A DNA stretch of 30,170 nucleotides from a virus (Duplodnaviria > Heunggongvirae > Uroviricota > Caudoviricetes), in IMG/VR virus record IMGVR_UViG_2541047794_000005, positions 1-30,170 of that record. The stretch is one strand, 5' to 3'. The position numbers and the translations under genes were made by a program. The notes beneath the pieces are model-generated. The model did no database searches. It saw only the letters and a list, made by a program, of their open reading frames with translations, and was not told where the DNA came from. Shown here in pieces: positions 19,132-28,464 of the stretch; position 1 is the stretch's first letter; every line of letters begins with the position of its first letter.

Positions 19132-19836
19132 TCATCTAACAGATACTTTTGCATAAATCAAAGGCCTATCCGAAGAGCCATTTTTACGTACGACCACTCC
19201 ACTGATATCATGGTTTTTACTAAGATCTCGTAATGCGGCGCACAATGCCTTGTTGACATACCCTAGATGATTGTCGTTTTTCGTTACTAATATGGCCAGC
19301 GGATCAACAGTATTGGTATCTTCATTGCGCAATATGACTTCATCACCAATTGATATCTCGTCAAGAGCTAGACGCCCTTCCTTAATCATGTGTCTCGTTC
19401 CGGCGACCTCCATGACATAATCAAAAGGTGGCCGAATAGAAGACAAGTCTGGGACAAAATAAAAACCATCACTAGCCACTTTTCCGCCAGTACAAGCGAG
19501 CAAAACGAAGTCATTCTCTCTAAAATCAGCAGGAAGACGAAACGTCAGCAAGTAATCGGCAAAATCTTCTCTTTTCCTGGAGGGTAACCTTCTTGAAAAG
19601 GTTTGCATAACGTCTTTGCGATGAGTCGTAACTTTTATGTCAAAAGCAGGAAAACCGTGAAAGCCTTTATCCCCAGCTTTAGCAAAATCTTTGCTATCCG
19701 TAAGATAATTAAACTCGTAGCCTTCAGACTCATCTTGAAGAAGTTCACCAACGACATAGCGAGAGCCGCCGTCGGTCGGTTGCCATGTCAGTAAGAGCCT
19801 ACTTGGCATGGGAATTTTTTCTATTAAGATAGTCAT
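19132..19836 (-). CDS. HipA N-terminal-subdomain-like (HipS-like) protein with a C-terminal HIRAN-like domain (234 aa)
   Basis: The N-terminal ~150 aa (LLLTW...VGELL...YEFNY; DFVLLACTGGKVASDGFYFVP) resemble the N-subdomain of E. coli HipA as I recall it. The C-terminal ~85 aa has an HIRAN-like pattern. ATGA overlap with the kinase gene. Confidence 0.55.
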   Translation of the reverse strand: MTILIEKIPMPSRLLLTWQPTDGGSRYVVGELLQDESEGYEFNYLTDSKDFAKAGDKGFHGFPAFDIKVTTHRKDVMQTFSRRLPSRKREDFADYLLTFRLPADFRENDFVLLACTGGKVASDGFYFVPDLSSIRPPFDYVMEVAGTRHMIKEGRLALDEISIGDEVILRNEDTNTVDPLAILVTKNDNHLGYVNKALCAALRDLSKNHDISGVVVRKNGSSDRPLIYAKVSVR

Positions 19837-20744
19837 GAAGTAACACCTTTAATCAGTTCAATACGCATGTTTGTTACACGAACAATCCATGCAGCACGTT
19901 CTCTAGTCAGCGGAACAGGGCAGTTTATTTCCGTCAACTCCGCAAAAGTTGAGTCCCAAAAGTCATGGTTCAAACGAGCCAGTCTTTCAGCTACCCGCTG
20001 TTTTAATTCTTCTTTTTTATCACAAAGTTCTTTGATTAACTCTAAATGACCTAATCTCTGATACTCATCTTTGCCCAGAGTTTTACGCAAATGATGCTTT
20101 CCCCGGCTAACATGCTCCCTGAGTCTATGATCGGTCCAATCAGCAACATGTTCCGGAAAGCGTTCGTAGCATAAGCTCGTACCATTATCGAAAAATGGTG
20201 CAAGCTGACACTCGCTGGTTAAAGGGGAGAAGATAAACCCCCAGTTTTCTTGATGTCTATCTGTATTACCTATTACTGCGTCAAAGAGAGCCATATTCTC
20301 CAACCACTCAACATAGTCAACTTTAAGAGCTTTCGCGATAATCCTCAGCCCTTCAATGGAATGCTTAGCTCCTTTCTCACGATCAAAATTTGGATCTCTT
20401 CGAACAAAGTAATCACCAGCGGGAGCAAATTTCTCATAATCTTTATGATGAAACCACTCAATGAGGGCCCCGCAAAACGTATGCCCCAAATCATTAGTCT
20501 TTAACGAAGGAACTGCTTTGGGGACATTAAAACCAAGCTGCAATCCAATCCTGTAGGCAACGATCTCACACCAAAATTGATCTGGGTATTTTTTAATACT
20601 TCTCTTAAAAAGATACGGCCACGATGCTTTGATACCATGGGGGGCAACATCAGGGGAAATAACCAATGCCTTAGAGCGAGCACCAACAGGATACTGTGCG
20701 AAAACATCTAGCTCAGTCCAATAGGTTACATCTAAGCAATCCAT
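19833..20744 (-). CDS. HipA-like Ser/Thr kinase, core domain only (303 aa, HipT-like)
   Basis: Motif VIGNTDRHQENWGF and a downstream FFDNG correspond to the HipA catalytic loop (GxTDxHxxN) and Mg-binding Asp. It lacks the ~150-aa HipA N-subdomain. RBS AGGA upstream. Confidence 0.8.
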   Translation of the reverse strand: MDCLDVTYWTELDVFAQYPVGARSKALVISPDVAPHGIKASWPYLFKRSIKKYPDQFWCEIVAYRIGLQLGFNVPKAVPSLKTNDLGHTFCGALIEWFHHKDYEKFAPAGDYFVRRDPNFDREKGAKHSIEGLRIIAKALKVDYVEWLENMALFDAVIGNTDRHQENWGFIFSPLTSECQLAPFFDNGTSLCYERFPEHVADWTDHRLREHVSRGKHHLRKTLGKDEYQRLGHLELIKELCDKKEELKQRVAERLARLNHDFWDSTFAELTEINCPVPLTRERAAWIVRVTNMRIELIKGVTS

Positions 20745-20759
20745 AGCTAAGTCCTATAT

Positions 20760-21305
20760 TTATTTTTTATTTAAATTCATATAGATGTGAGAAACCTGTG
20801 CGATCTGAAATAAAACATCATCGAATGCTGTGTGCCTAATGCCAGTGAAATTTTTATCAGCATGAGAAAAAATTCCTTTGCTTTCACCAAGTGCTAAGAT
20901 GGTTCTAACGTCAAGAGTATCTCTGAATGACCATGGGCAATCCAGACCCGCCTGTAACAGGGCATGATGCATGATCGTGCAGTCAAACTCTTTCCCGTTT
21001 CCCCACACTTTTACTCGGCCAGTACGATTATGAAGAATAAATGCCACAAATTCATTCAGAACCTCTAAAAGGTCCTTAGTGCCATCAAAATTTTCGTTTT
21101 TAGCTTCAGTACTTTGATTCATCCACCACTTTACAGTAGAGGGGGCAATGGTTCTGCCTGCTTGTTCATGATCAAGCGAAATAACTTGATAGAAACCCGG
21201 ACCAATCTCGCCAGTCTCCGGCACGAAAAAAGCCGCACCAACTGAAAGGATATAAGCTGTTTTTTCAACATCCAATGTTTCTATATCTAACATTACATGA
21301 TTCAT
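20760..21305 (-). CDS. DEDDh-family 3'-5' exonuclease (DnaQ/RNase T-like), about 181 aa from ATG 21305
   Basis: Exo I motif MLDIETLD near the N-terminus and Exo III motif HTAFDDV near the C-terminus. First gene of the three-gene operon. Confidence 0.75.
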   Translation of the reverse strand: MNHVMLDIETLDVEKTAYILSVGAAFFVPETGEIGPGFYQVISLDHEQAGRTIAPSTVKWWMNQSTEAKNENFDGTKDLLEVLNEFVAFILHNRTGRVKVWGNGKEFDCTIMHHALLQAGLDCPWSFRDTLDVRTILALGESKGIFSHADKNFTGIRHTAFDDVLFQIAQVSHIYMNLNKK

Positions 21306-21801
21306 AAGAAGCAATTGAAACCATTTAGTAAAAATTGAAAGCTATCACCACATTAATGCATGGCATGTACATTTGTGGACGAAAACAAGTATTCTGATTA
21401 TAACCCAAGTGAAAAGCTCAAGTGTCGTAACTTTCACTCGGTTGTTTTCAGTTTCGAAAAACTACTGGGAAGATCCATCTAGTGGTTGTATTCATGAGCG
21501 CGAATTCTCGCCATCAGCTCATCAGTCAACTCAGAAACCCACTGCAGAGCCAGCCCCTTCTCTTCATCACTACACTCACTAGCCGCTACAAGCTTAAGAA
21601 AAAAATCAATGCGCTGGAGCTTCAAAGACTCCAAAAAATAGTCCTGCATCTTTCCTCCTATGACACCACAAGCAATACTGTATGCACAACCACTGTTTAT
21701 ATTTACAGTATATAATAATCTTACTGATGTAAAACGTTTTTTACGTTCATCAGCCTGATATGCCTGGTATTATTAAGAGCACGAATTGTTAACCCACGTG
21801 A

Positions 21802-22158
21802 TTAATACAGGTTCCGCCACTTATCATCTTCCTGCAAACGCTGGTTCCGATAGAAGATACGCAGGCCTGCTCCTGACGGAATACTGCCACCGCGAAGGAG
21901 TAAATCGACCTCTTTCTCGCTGCCATCAAATCCTCTTGACTTCAGTTCATAGACGAGCTGCTGACGCTGATACTCTGTAATTCGCTGTTTGTAGTCTTTA
22001 CGCCGTTTCGGTTTCACCAGGCGTAATCTTGCTGCCAGTTCCTGGCGCTCTTTTTTGCTCATACTATGCAGGTAATCGTGCAACTCCTTGTCATCCATAC
22101 AGGTAATGTCAGTTCTGGTATCCCCATCTGTTGATTTATCTTTCTCCTGTTGGTTCAA
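21802..22158 (-). CDS. Hypothetical basic protein (118 aa), or a displaced C-terminal part of A
   Basis: ORF begins at a TTG overlapping the A stop, and no Shine-Dalgarno precedes any candidate start. Its frame is the one A would occupy if one 26-bp repeat copy were removed. Confidence 0.4.
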   Translation of the reverse strand: MNQQEKDKSTDGDTRTDITCMDDKELHDYLHSMSKKERQELAARLRLVKPKRRKDYKQRITEYQRQQLVYELKSRGFDGSEKEVDLLLRGGSIPSGAGLRIFYRNQRLQEDDKWRNLY

Positions 22159-24242
22159 ATTTTCAGCAAGGGGACAGTTATTGCCACGAGTCCAAGGGGA
22201 CAGTTATTGCCACGAGTCCAAGGGGCGCAAGCGCCCTGGTCGGCTGCCGCCTCCTGAACGTCAACGGCCTTACGAACCATTTTCCACTTCACTGCATGAG
22301 TACAAATCTTGCCCTCTGCAATGGGTGACCAGATGCCATAAATACGAATACCGTGATCGCCATAGGCGGTCGGCTCTTCGTTAATTTCATAAGCTGTTCT
22401 GATAAGGTGATATTTGCGGGGAACCAGTACGCCGCCCTGCTTCATAATGTAGGTGGCAAAACAACCAGCATCAGCAGCAGCCAGGATTGCATCAAGGCGC
22501 GGGTTATCCAGTACCGGCGCACCTGCTTTTTTGTCCCCCTGTTGCCTTGCCGCCTGACCAGCCAGCAATCGCAGTTCACGGTAAGCCTGACGCCCCGGAA
22601 TGCCAAAGAAGCGGAATTGCTGAACACGATGCAGAGACGCCCAAGCATTAACGTATTCAGCATTATCACGCAGGGATTTCCCCGTTTCCTTGCTGATCTC
22701 GCCAGCCAGACCACGCCCGTCCATGTTCTTACTGATGTATTTCGCGATGTAGCTTGTTGGCGTACCTTTGCGCGGGTTAATCAACTCAGACTTAAAGCGC
22801 GGCCCAGTGTTATTGCCCAGCTCCTCGCGGTCTTCACGGATGGCAAACTTACGCAGTAATGCAGTGATGGCGCGGCGGTCTTTTTTGCGCATAAAACACA
22901 ACAGGTGCCAGTGAACTGTACCGTCATGATGCGGCTCAGCCACCCGCACGCCATACCAGCGCAATCCGGCTTTGTGCATCGCCTTACGAAATGCAGCAAA
23001 CATGCCGACCAGATAATCACTACTTTGTCTTACCGTCGCATTTGTCCAGGTTGGGTTGGGCCTGCCGTTATTTAGCGTGGAATGGAAACGTGACGGACAG
23101 GTGATGGTGTAGAAAACGGCGCAGTCACCGCGCATTTCCGCGATAAGCTCCAGGCCTTTAACACAGGCCATCATCTCATTGCGGCGATGCGCAGGGTTGC
23201 TGCTGCTGGCGTTTACCACATCCTCCATGTCCAGCGTGTCGCCGTCTTCGTTCACCAGTTCATGAGAACGAAAAAACTCCAGCGACTTACGGCGCTGCTC
23301 ACGTTTATGCATCACGGCTTCATAGCTGACATAGGGAGATGCTTTTTTGCTGACCAGGCAAACAGCACGCAACTGCTCTTCCCGCCATTCGCAACGCATC
23401 TTCCATAATTTCCGGTACCACCAGTCGGCGCACAACATACGCGCCAGCGAACCCGGAATGAGTTCATAGGGCACGGGTTTACGGCGGTTTCTTTTCCGGC
23501 GGAGTTGATCAAACGCAGGCGGGATGACATCCAGACGCAGGGTTTCCGCTGCCACCTTTTCCCATGTCTTGCGGATTTCTTCTGGCTTAACGTCATCGGT
23601 GACATACAAATCGCCACAAGCTGCATCAAGGCACATGCTCATATGCGCAGCGACAAGGGTAGACAAGCGTTTCACCTGATCCTGACTCATTTCAGGCAGG
23701 ATCAGCAGGCCGTCCAGCCCTTCATGGCTTGCCATAAAGCGAAAAGAAGTGGATAGCTGACTGTCGCGTACATGCTCCAGTCGTTCCAGACATGGCTTAA
23801 TCGTCTCACGCAAATAGCGGGAATAAGCCTTTGGCCTGCCTAGGCTGCTGAAGTATTCAATACGTTGCAACAGCGGCTTGCTGATATGGGAAGGCTGGGC
23901 ATTGACGTCCGCCAGAATGACCATATCTGGATTAAAACGCTGCTGCTCATGCGCCAGCTTTGCCCGGCTAATGAGCTTATCCTGCTCCATTTCGCGTTGG
24001 ACAGGATCACGGGATTCATTAAAGAAATAACGCTCCCAGACCTGATCACTCAGTGCCTCGCGGCGCAGTTGTTCCTGCTCGTTATCGGCAGCGTACAGAG
24101 TGATCAGGTTTGAAAGCGCAGAAACCGGCGCAACTTCCGCCGGGTCCAGATAAGGGTTAATAGCCTTTTTCGGGCTGTTCCATGAGAATGCTGCGGCGGC
24201 CTCGTTAAAGCCGCTGCAGTTGTTCATATCAGCATGGCTCAT
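22155..24242 (-). CDS. A: Replication initiation protein A (rolling-circle nickase, 695 aa)
   Basis: Motifs [25 protein letters not shown] and QFRFFGIPG...AYRELRLLA match the P2-family A protein. Confidence 0.85.
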   Translation of the reverse strand: MSHADMNNCSGFNEAAAAFSWNSPKKAINPYLDPAEVAPVSALSNLITLYAADNEQEQLRREALSDQVWERYFFNESRDPVQREMEQDKLISRAKLAHEQQRFNPDMVILADVNAQPSHISKPLLQRIEYFSSLGRPKAYSRYLRETIKPCLERLEHVRDSQLSTSFRFMASHEGLDGLLILPEMSQDQVKRLSTLVAAHMSMCLDAACGDLYVTDDVKPEEIRKTWEKVAAETLRLDVIPPAFDQLRRKRNRRKPVPYELIPGSLARMLCADWWYRKLWKMRCEWREEQLRAVCLVSKKASPYVSYEAVMHKREQRRKSLEFFRSHELVNEDGDTLDMEDVVNASSSNPAHRRNEMMACVKGLELIAEMRGDCAVFYTITCPSRFHSTLNNGRPNPTWTNATVRQSSDYLVGMFAAFRKAMHKAGLRWYGVRVAEPHHDGTVHWHLLCFMRKKDRRAITALLRKFAIREDREELGNNTGPRFKSELINPRKGTPTSYIAKYISKNMDGRGLAGEISKETGKSLRDNAEYVNAWASLHRVQQFRFFGIPGRQAYRELRLLAGQAARQQGDKKAGAPVLDNPRLDAILAAADAGCFATYIMKQGGVLVPRKYHLIRTAYEINEEPTAYGDHGIRIYGIWSPIAEGKICTHAVKWKMVRKAVDVQEAAADQGACAPWTRGNNCPLGLVAITVPLLKI
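22170..22221. repeat. Perfect tandem direct repeat, 2 x 26 bp (GGGGACAGTTATTGCCACGAGTCCAA), within the last 20 codons of A
   Basis: Read directly from the sequence: 22170-22195 equals 22196-22221. Confidence 0.9.
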
Positions 24243-25095
24243 GCACGCACTCCGTACACGGCAGAACTATCCACGCCACGCGAAGGCTCAAATCCCACCC
24301 AGCAGCGCGCCCAGAAACAGCGATGATTTCTGTTGCAGATTTACTCTCACCAGCTGCTACGCCGATGCTGCGTTTTGCCTTGATGTAGTGGTGAGTAAAA
24401 TTGCGATACAGCGAACGGATCAGGGATGTGTCACTGTTAGAAACAATGACCGGATGTCCTTCTGATGACCGATGTTCAAGAACGGATGCCAGGTGATACT
24501 GGTCATCTTCAGTGAAGCCGTCAGTGTGATAACCGGAAAACGTGCCGTCATACGGCGGATCGCAATACACCACATCCCCCGCCTTCAACATCGCCAGCGT
24601 TTCATCAAAGCTGGCGCAGATAAACGTTGCCCGCTGGGCTTTTTCTGCAAATGCGCGAATTTCTTTTTCTGGGAAATACGGATTTTTATAATTACCGTAG
24701 GGAATGTTGAAATGCCCGCTCTTGTTATAGCGACATAAACCACGGTAACCGTGACGATTGAGATACAGGAAATATACCGCTTTCATGAAATCAGTAATTT
24801 CATTTGAGTAATTAAACTCCTGCCTTATGTTGTAATAAGCCACCTCCCTGTTTGCTTCCTTAAATAAAACTCTGGCGCGAGATATAAACGATTCACAATC
24901 AGCGGCAACCTTTTTATAGAGGTTGATTAAATCAGGATTAATATCCGCAACCAGATAGCTTGGATAATCCGTCTCCATCATCACAGCACAGGAACCCGCG
25001 AAAGGTTCAACCAGTCGCGGGCCAGCAGGAAGGTGTTTTTTCAGTTCGGACATAATTGCGGTTTTATTTCCCGCCCATTTCAGGATGGTGCTCAT
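24229..25095 (-). CDS. Dam-like DNA adenine (N6) methyltransferase (288 aa from ATG 25095)
   Basis: N-terminal LKWAGNK...LVEPFAGS (AdoMet motif I) and DPPY catalytic motif. Strong RBS AGGAGGTG. ATGA overlap with the upstream gene. Confidence 0.85.
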   Translation of the reverse strand: MSTILKWAGNKTAIMSELKKHLPAGPRLVEPFAGSCAVMMETDYPSYLVADINPDLINLYKKVAADCESFISRARVLFKEANREVAYYNIRQEFNYSNEITDFMKAVYFLYLNRHGYRGLCRYNKSGHFNIPYGNYKNPYFPEKEIRAFAEKAQRATFICASFDETLAMLKAGDVVYCDPPYDGTFSGYHTDGFTEDDQYHLASVLEHRSSEGHPVIVSNSDTSLIRSLYRNFTHHYIKAKRSIGVAAGESKSATEIIAVSGRAAGWDLSLRVAWIVLPCTECVHEPC

Positions 25096-25394
25096 ACAGC
25101 ACCTCCTGCAATAACATATCCTAAAGCTTCTAATGGGGTTAATGAGCGAATTGATAGCATCACCCATTGTTCTGAAACTGCCATGACGTCATTAACCGGA
25201 AGCACATGAGAGATAACCGCGGCCCATTCCCTACCCGTAAATACGCCATGCTTCCATTCGCAAAGAGAAAGAACATCACCAACTTTATAGCCACGATCGT
25301 CTTTACGAAGTTCAGCCGTCTTTTGACCTGCAACCACAGCGTTGAAATACTTAGGTGCAATTTTTAATTGATGGATACGCACAGCCCCTGTCAT
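25092..25394 (-). CDS. ASCH/DUF3850-like small protein (100 aa from ATG 25394)
   Basis: [35 protein letters not shown] matches the pattern of ASCH-like proteins commonly paired with phage methyltransferases. RBS GGAGGTG. Confidence 0.6.
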   Translation of the reverse strand: MTGAVRIHQLKIAPKYFNAVVAGQKTAELRKDDRGYKVGDVLSLCEWKHGVFTGREWAAVISHVLPVNDVMAVSEQWVMLSIRSLTPLEALGYVIAGGAV

Positions 25395-25618
25395 ACAGCA
25401 CCTCCGTTGTAATGTTTGCCTTTCAGCTCTGCGATTTCCTGACAGGTAATGCAAAGCTGCGCTCCTGGAATGGCGCGGCGGCGTGCTGGCGGAATTGGCG
25501 CTTCACATTCAATGCAAAGCACGCGAGACACGCCCGGTGTTTTGGCACGGGCAGCACGGATATGGCGCTGGCGTTCTTCTTCAACGCGCTGCTGTACGAG
25601 ATCCATTGCATCAGCCAT
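25391..25618 (-). CDS. TraR/DksA-family C4 zinc-finger protein (75 aa)
   Basis: CIECEAPIP-x17-CITCQ zinc-finger spacing. Confidence 0.7.
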   Translation of the reverse strand: MADAMDLVQQRVEEERQRHIRAARAKTPGVSRVLCIECEAPIPPARRRAIPGAQLCITCQEIAELKGKHYNGGAV

Positions 25619-25857
25619 TAGTGGATCTCCTGCGCTTCGTTCTGGATTGCTTCAGCGGTCACACGCAGCAGTTCTGCCGCTTCGACGTGGTTTAGCTGGC
25701 GGGATGTGATATGACACGCAAGACTATCAAGGCTGGCAGCCATTGCTTCAGCCCTTGCCCGGCGTTCTTCCAGACGAGCCTCTGTCAGTAAAATATTAAG
25801 CCCTGCGTCATCCGGTCCGGTTTTAGTCGTGAGGGTTTCAATATTACGCATAATCAA
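25618..25857 (-). CDS. Hypothetical early-region protein (79 aa)
   Basis: ORF in the early operon with stop/start overlap to the next gene. Confidence 0.5.
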   Translation of the reverse strand: MIMRNIETLTTKTGPDDAGLNILLTEARLEERRARAEAMAASLDSLACHITSRQLNHVEAAELLRVTAEAIQNEAQEIH

Positions 25858-25918
25858 TTCTCCTGAATTTAGATAAAGGGATGCCCGGCGGGTTTACGCC
25901 ATTAATTTCATTAGCTGG

Positions 25919-26260
25919 TTAATTCGGCATGGTTAGCCGTCTGGGAAATAAGCTCACCACTGCACGAAAATGATTCATTGCTTTAATCAACTCCCGCTTT
26001 TCGTCAGTGGTCAGCTCATTAATGCTGATGCTATGACGTTCAGCTGGAATTTTTGCCATAAAGAATATGGCAGCCAGTGCCCGTTTATTTTGTTCGCTAT
26101 TGATATCCCGTGGATCACGCATATCTTTAATAAACCGCTCAAGCTCTGACTCAATATTCAGGCCAAAAACTTTCGCCCTTAACTCCGCAATGTGATTAAG
26201 TCCATTCAGGCGTTCACCGGGGCTTAATGGAACAGTCGCCGCAGCGCCATTAATTGCCAT
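25919..26260 (-). CDS. Hypothetical early-region protein (113 aa)
   Basis: ORF in the early operon; no family recognised. Confidence 0.5.
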   Translation of the reverse strand: MAINGAAATVPLSPGERLNGLNHIAELRAKVFGLNIESELERFIKDMRDPRDINSEQNKRALAAIFFMAKIPAERHSISINELTTDEKRELIKAMNHFRAVVSLFPRRLTMPN

Positions 26261-26282
26261 AATTCATATCCCCAAAACGCAA

Positions 26283-26507
26283 CTATCGTTCTTTGTTCTT
26301 ACGGTAACGTTCAAGAGGAGATACATTTTTTCGTATCGTCTCTTTAACCTGCTCTCCCCGTAAAAACGTCCCATCCTTTAGCGTGAAAAAGTAACTGCCA
26401 TCGCCCGACAACGACGGATAACAACAGAGCAAATCATCTTCAGGTACTGAATAACTCTCCCCTCTGTAACGAAACTGATAAACCACTTCACTTTCCGCTG
26501 CATACAT
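26283..26507 (-). CDS. Hypothetical early-region protein (74 aa)
   Basis: Good RBS (GGAGAAAG) 8 nt upstream of ATG 26507 and a protein-like composition. Confidence 0.5.
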   Translation of the reverse strand: MYAAESEVVYQFRYRGESYSVPEDDLLCCYPSLSGDGSYFFTLKDGTFLRGEQVKETIRKNVSPLERYRKNKER

Positions 26508-26681
26508 TTTGACTTTCTCCGTTTCCCCGTGGTCAATTCAGACAGCAATTCATCTTGTGAACGGCACGGATGCCAGCGTTTACCATCCTCACCCATGATC
26601 CAGCCGTGACCGTAGTGCATTGCCGGGCTTTGTTTTACCAGCAGCGATGCAAATGATGGTTCTTTCGTCAGCATAAGCACC

Positions 26682-27209
26682 TCACAGCAAACCGAATGAA
26701 GCACCGAGGCCAGTCACGGTATCAACTGCACTCGCCATCGCAGGATTAGCCTGTAAACGGGCCTGCAATGAAACAGCCGCCAGCGCCATCAGTCGTGTTA
26801 CAGAATTAATGCTGCTGATGGCATCACGACGACCGGCACTGGTTTTTACATCGCCAGATACCGCACCTGCAGCAACACGCCCGATCTCTGCGGTTGCACT
26901 CATGACGTAATGTGGCAGTTTCTCTTTTGCCACCTCATTAATCGGTACACATGGCAGACAATGAATCTGTGCCAGAAAACCATCTACCAGCGTTGAATCT
27001 TCAGTCAGATCGGTAAGCAGCCAGATTTCTGGTGCGGTTAATAAATGAGGTTGAGCTGGGTTCAGCTTGTTCCGCAGAATCTGCACATTCATGCCAGCAC
27101 GTTCTGCCAGTTGCACCAGGTTGTGGCGCAATGCGAATGCACGACAGGCTTCATCAAAATGTGGATGTTTGGAAACTTGGTAATCAAACATATTCGACAT
27201 CTCTGACAT
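26682..27209 (-). CDS. 186 CII-like regulatory protein (CP76 family), in the position of P2 B (175 aa)
   Basis: N-terminal [20 protein letters not shown] resembles phage 186 CII-family proteins as I recall them. Second gene of the early (lytic) operon. Confidence 0.55.
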   Translation of the reverse strand: MSEMSNMFDYQVSKHPHFDEACRAFALRHNLVQLAERAGMNVQILRNKLNPAQPHLLTAPEIWLLTDLTEDSTLVDGFLAQIHCLPCVPINEVAKEKLPHYVMSATAEIGRVAAGAVSGDVKTSAGRRDAISSINSVTRLMALAAVSLQARLQANPAMASAVDTVTGLGASFGLL

Positions 27210-27223
27210 AACCCAAAATGGAA

Positions 27224-27445
27224 CTAGTTAATGCTCAAATTGCATTCAGCGAGTGCATCAACAGTCATTGCTGCGATATTGATCATCACCTTTTCTCGCT
27301 TTTTATCCTTACGGAGACGATGGCGAATAAGACGTCCATCAGCCAGCATGTCATTGATGGTGTCGATAGATAAGCCAGTCAGTTCGCTGTATTTCTCAAT
27401 AGAAACAGATGGAACAGCTAAGGTGATTGAAATATGTGGAGTCAT
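27224..27445 (-). CDS. Apl/Cox-like excisionase-regulator (73 aa from ATG 27445; alternative start at 27517)
   Basis: First gene of the early operon, divergent from the repressor. RBS GAGGA precedes ATG 27445. Confidence 0.55.
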   Translation of the reverse strand: MTPHISITLAVPSVSIEKYSELTGLSIDTINDMLADGRLIRHRLRKDKKREKVMINIAAMTVDALAECNLSIN

Positions 27446-27570
27446 GATGCAAGATTCCTCGATTAACATGATGCGTGGTAACTGGTGATTAACACCGTCA
27501 AGTTCACTTTCGCACACATTAATTCTTCATTTGAGAAGTGTCAACTCAATATTACTCAAAGGCGTACTAG

Positions 27571-28449
27571 ATGAATTTCAAAAACGGAGGACAGGCAGTC
27601 ATAACGCGCATGCTTGAAGCGTATGGATTCAAGACGCGGCAAGCCCTATGTGAACAGTTCAATGTATCTGCAAGTACTATGGGAACGCGCTGGATGCGTG
27701 ACGCATTTCCTGCTGACTGGGTAATTCAGTGTGCAATTGAAACAGGAGCATCTATAGAGTGGCTCTCATTCGGAAAAGGCGTGCCATTTCCTAAGAATAC
27801 CGAAGTTCCCGCTAAATTAGAGGAACCAGCATCATTGGTTCAATATGTTCCCAAAGCCACCACCAACGAGAACCCAATTGTGAACCATCCAAATCTGGAT
27901 TCAGGTGGACGTAATGCGATAAACAGGCTAATGGAAGCGTATGGCTTTAAAACAAGACAAGAACTTGCCGACCATTTGAATGTGTCTAAAAGCACAATGG
28001 CGAATAGATACTTGCGAGACACATTCCCAGCTGACTGGATCATAAGATGCTCGTTGGAAACAAGAACTTCTCTTTTATGGTTAGCAACTGGGCGCGGGCA
28101 AAAACTTGGAAGCGAAGAAAGTGAAGCTTTAGAAATTCCTAAAGTAAAACTTATTGACAATCAAATTTTCGATGCTGGTCATTTATTGATAGATAAGTCC
28201 CTGCTTCCTCATTTTAATGATTTACTCGCAATTGAAGACGAACATTGCATAAATATTGCACACATGAATAAAGCTAATGTTGAAGACGGAAGATGGATTG
28301 TTCAATACCAAAATAATTTCAAGTTAAAACAAATTTTTCTATTACCTGGAGGCAATCTTCGAGTAACAGACGATGATTTAACATTTGATTGTGAAAAAGA
28401 AGATATAAAATTAGTTGCCAAAATTTTCTCACAGTACCGTACTATTTAA
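27571..28449 (+). CDS. CI-type immunity repressor (186 CI-like HTH) with a tandemly duplicated DNA-binding domain and an AT-rich C-terminal domain (292 aa)
   Basis: Two copies of MLEAYGFKTRQ-L...NVS-STM--R--RD-FPADW-I-C--ET--S--WL--G-G at residues ~9-70 and ~115-176. Divergent from Apl/Cox across the switch region. Confidence 0.75.
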   Translation: MNFKNGGQAVITRMLEAYGFKTRQALCEQFNVSASTMGTRWMRDAFPADWVIQCAIETGASIEWLSFGKGVPFPKNTEVPAKLEEPASLVQYVPKATTNENPIVNHPNLDSGGRNAINRLMEAYGFKTRQELADHLNVSKSTMANRYLRDTFPADWIIRCSLETRTSLLWLATGRGQKLGSEESEALEIPKVKLIDNQIFDAGHLLIDKSLLPHFNDLLAIEDEHCINIAHMNKANVEDGRWIVQYQNNFKLKQIFLLPGGNLRVTDDDLTFDCEKEDIKLVAKIFSQYRTI

Positions 28450-28464
28450 TCTTGAGGCATAGTA

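Noticed and set aside
22170-22221. Possible CRISPR array
   Set aside because: There are only two directly abutting identical 26-bp units with no spacers, and they lie inside a coding region. This is a tandem duplication, not a CRISPR array.
26378-26704. 108-aa ORF taken at its full length from the first Met at 26704
   Set aside because: That start overlaps the CII-like gene's 3' end and the distal third is not protein-like. Only the portion from ATG 26674 is plausible and it is left unresolved (see findings).
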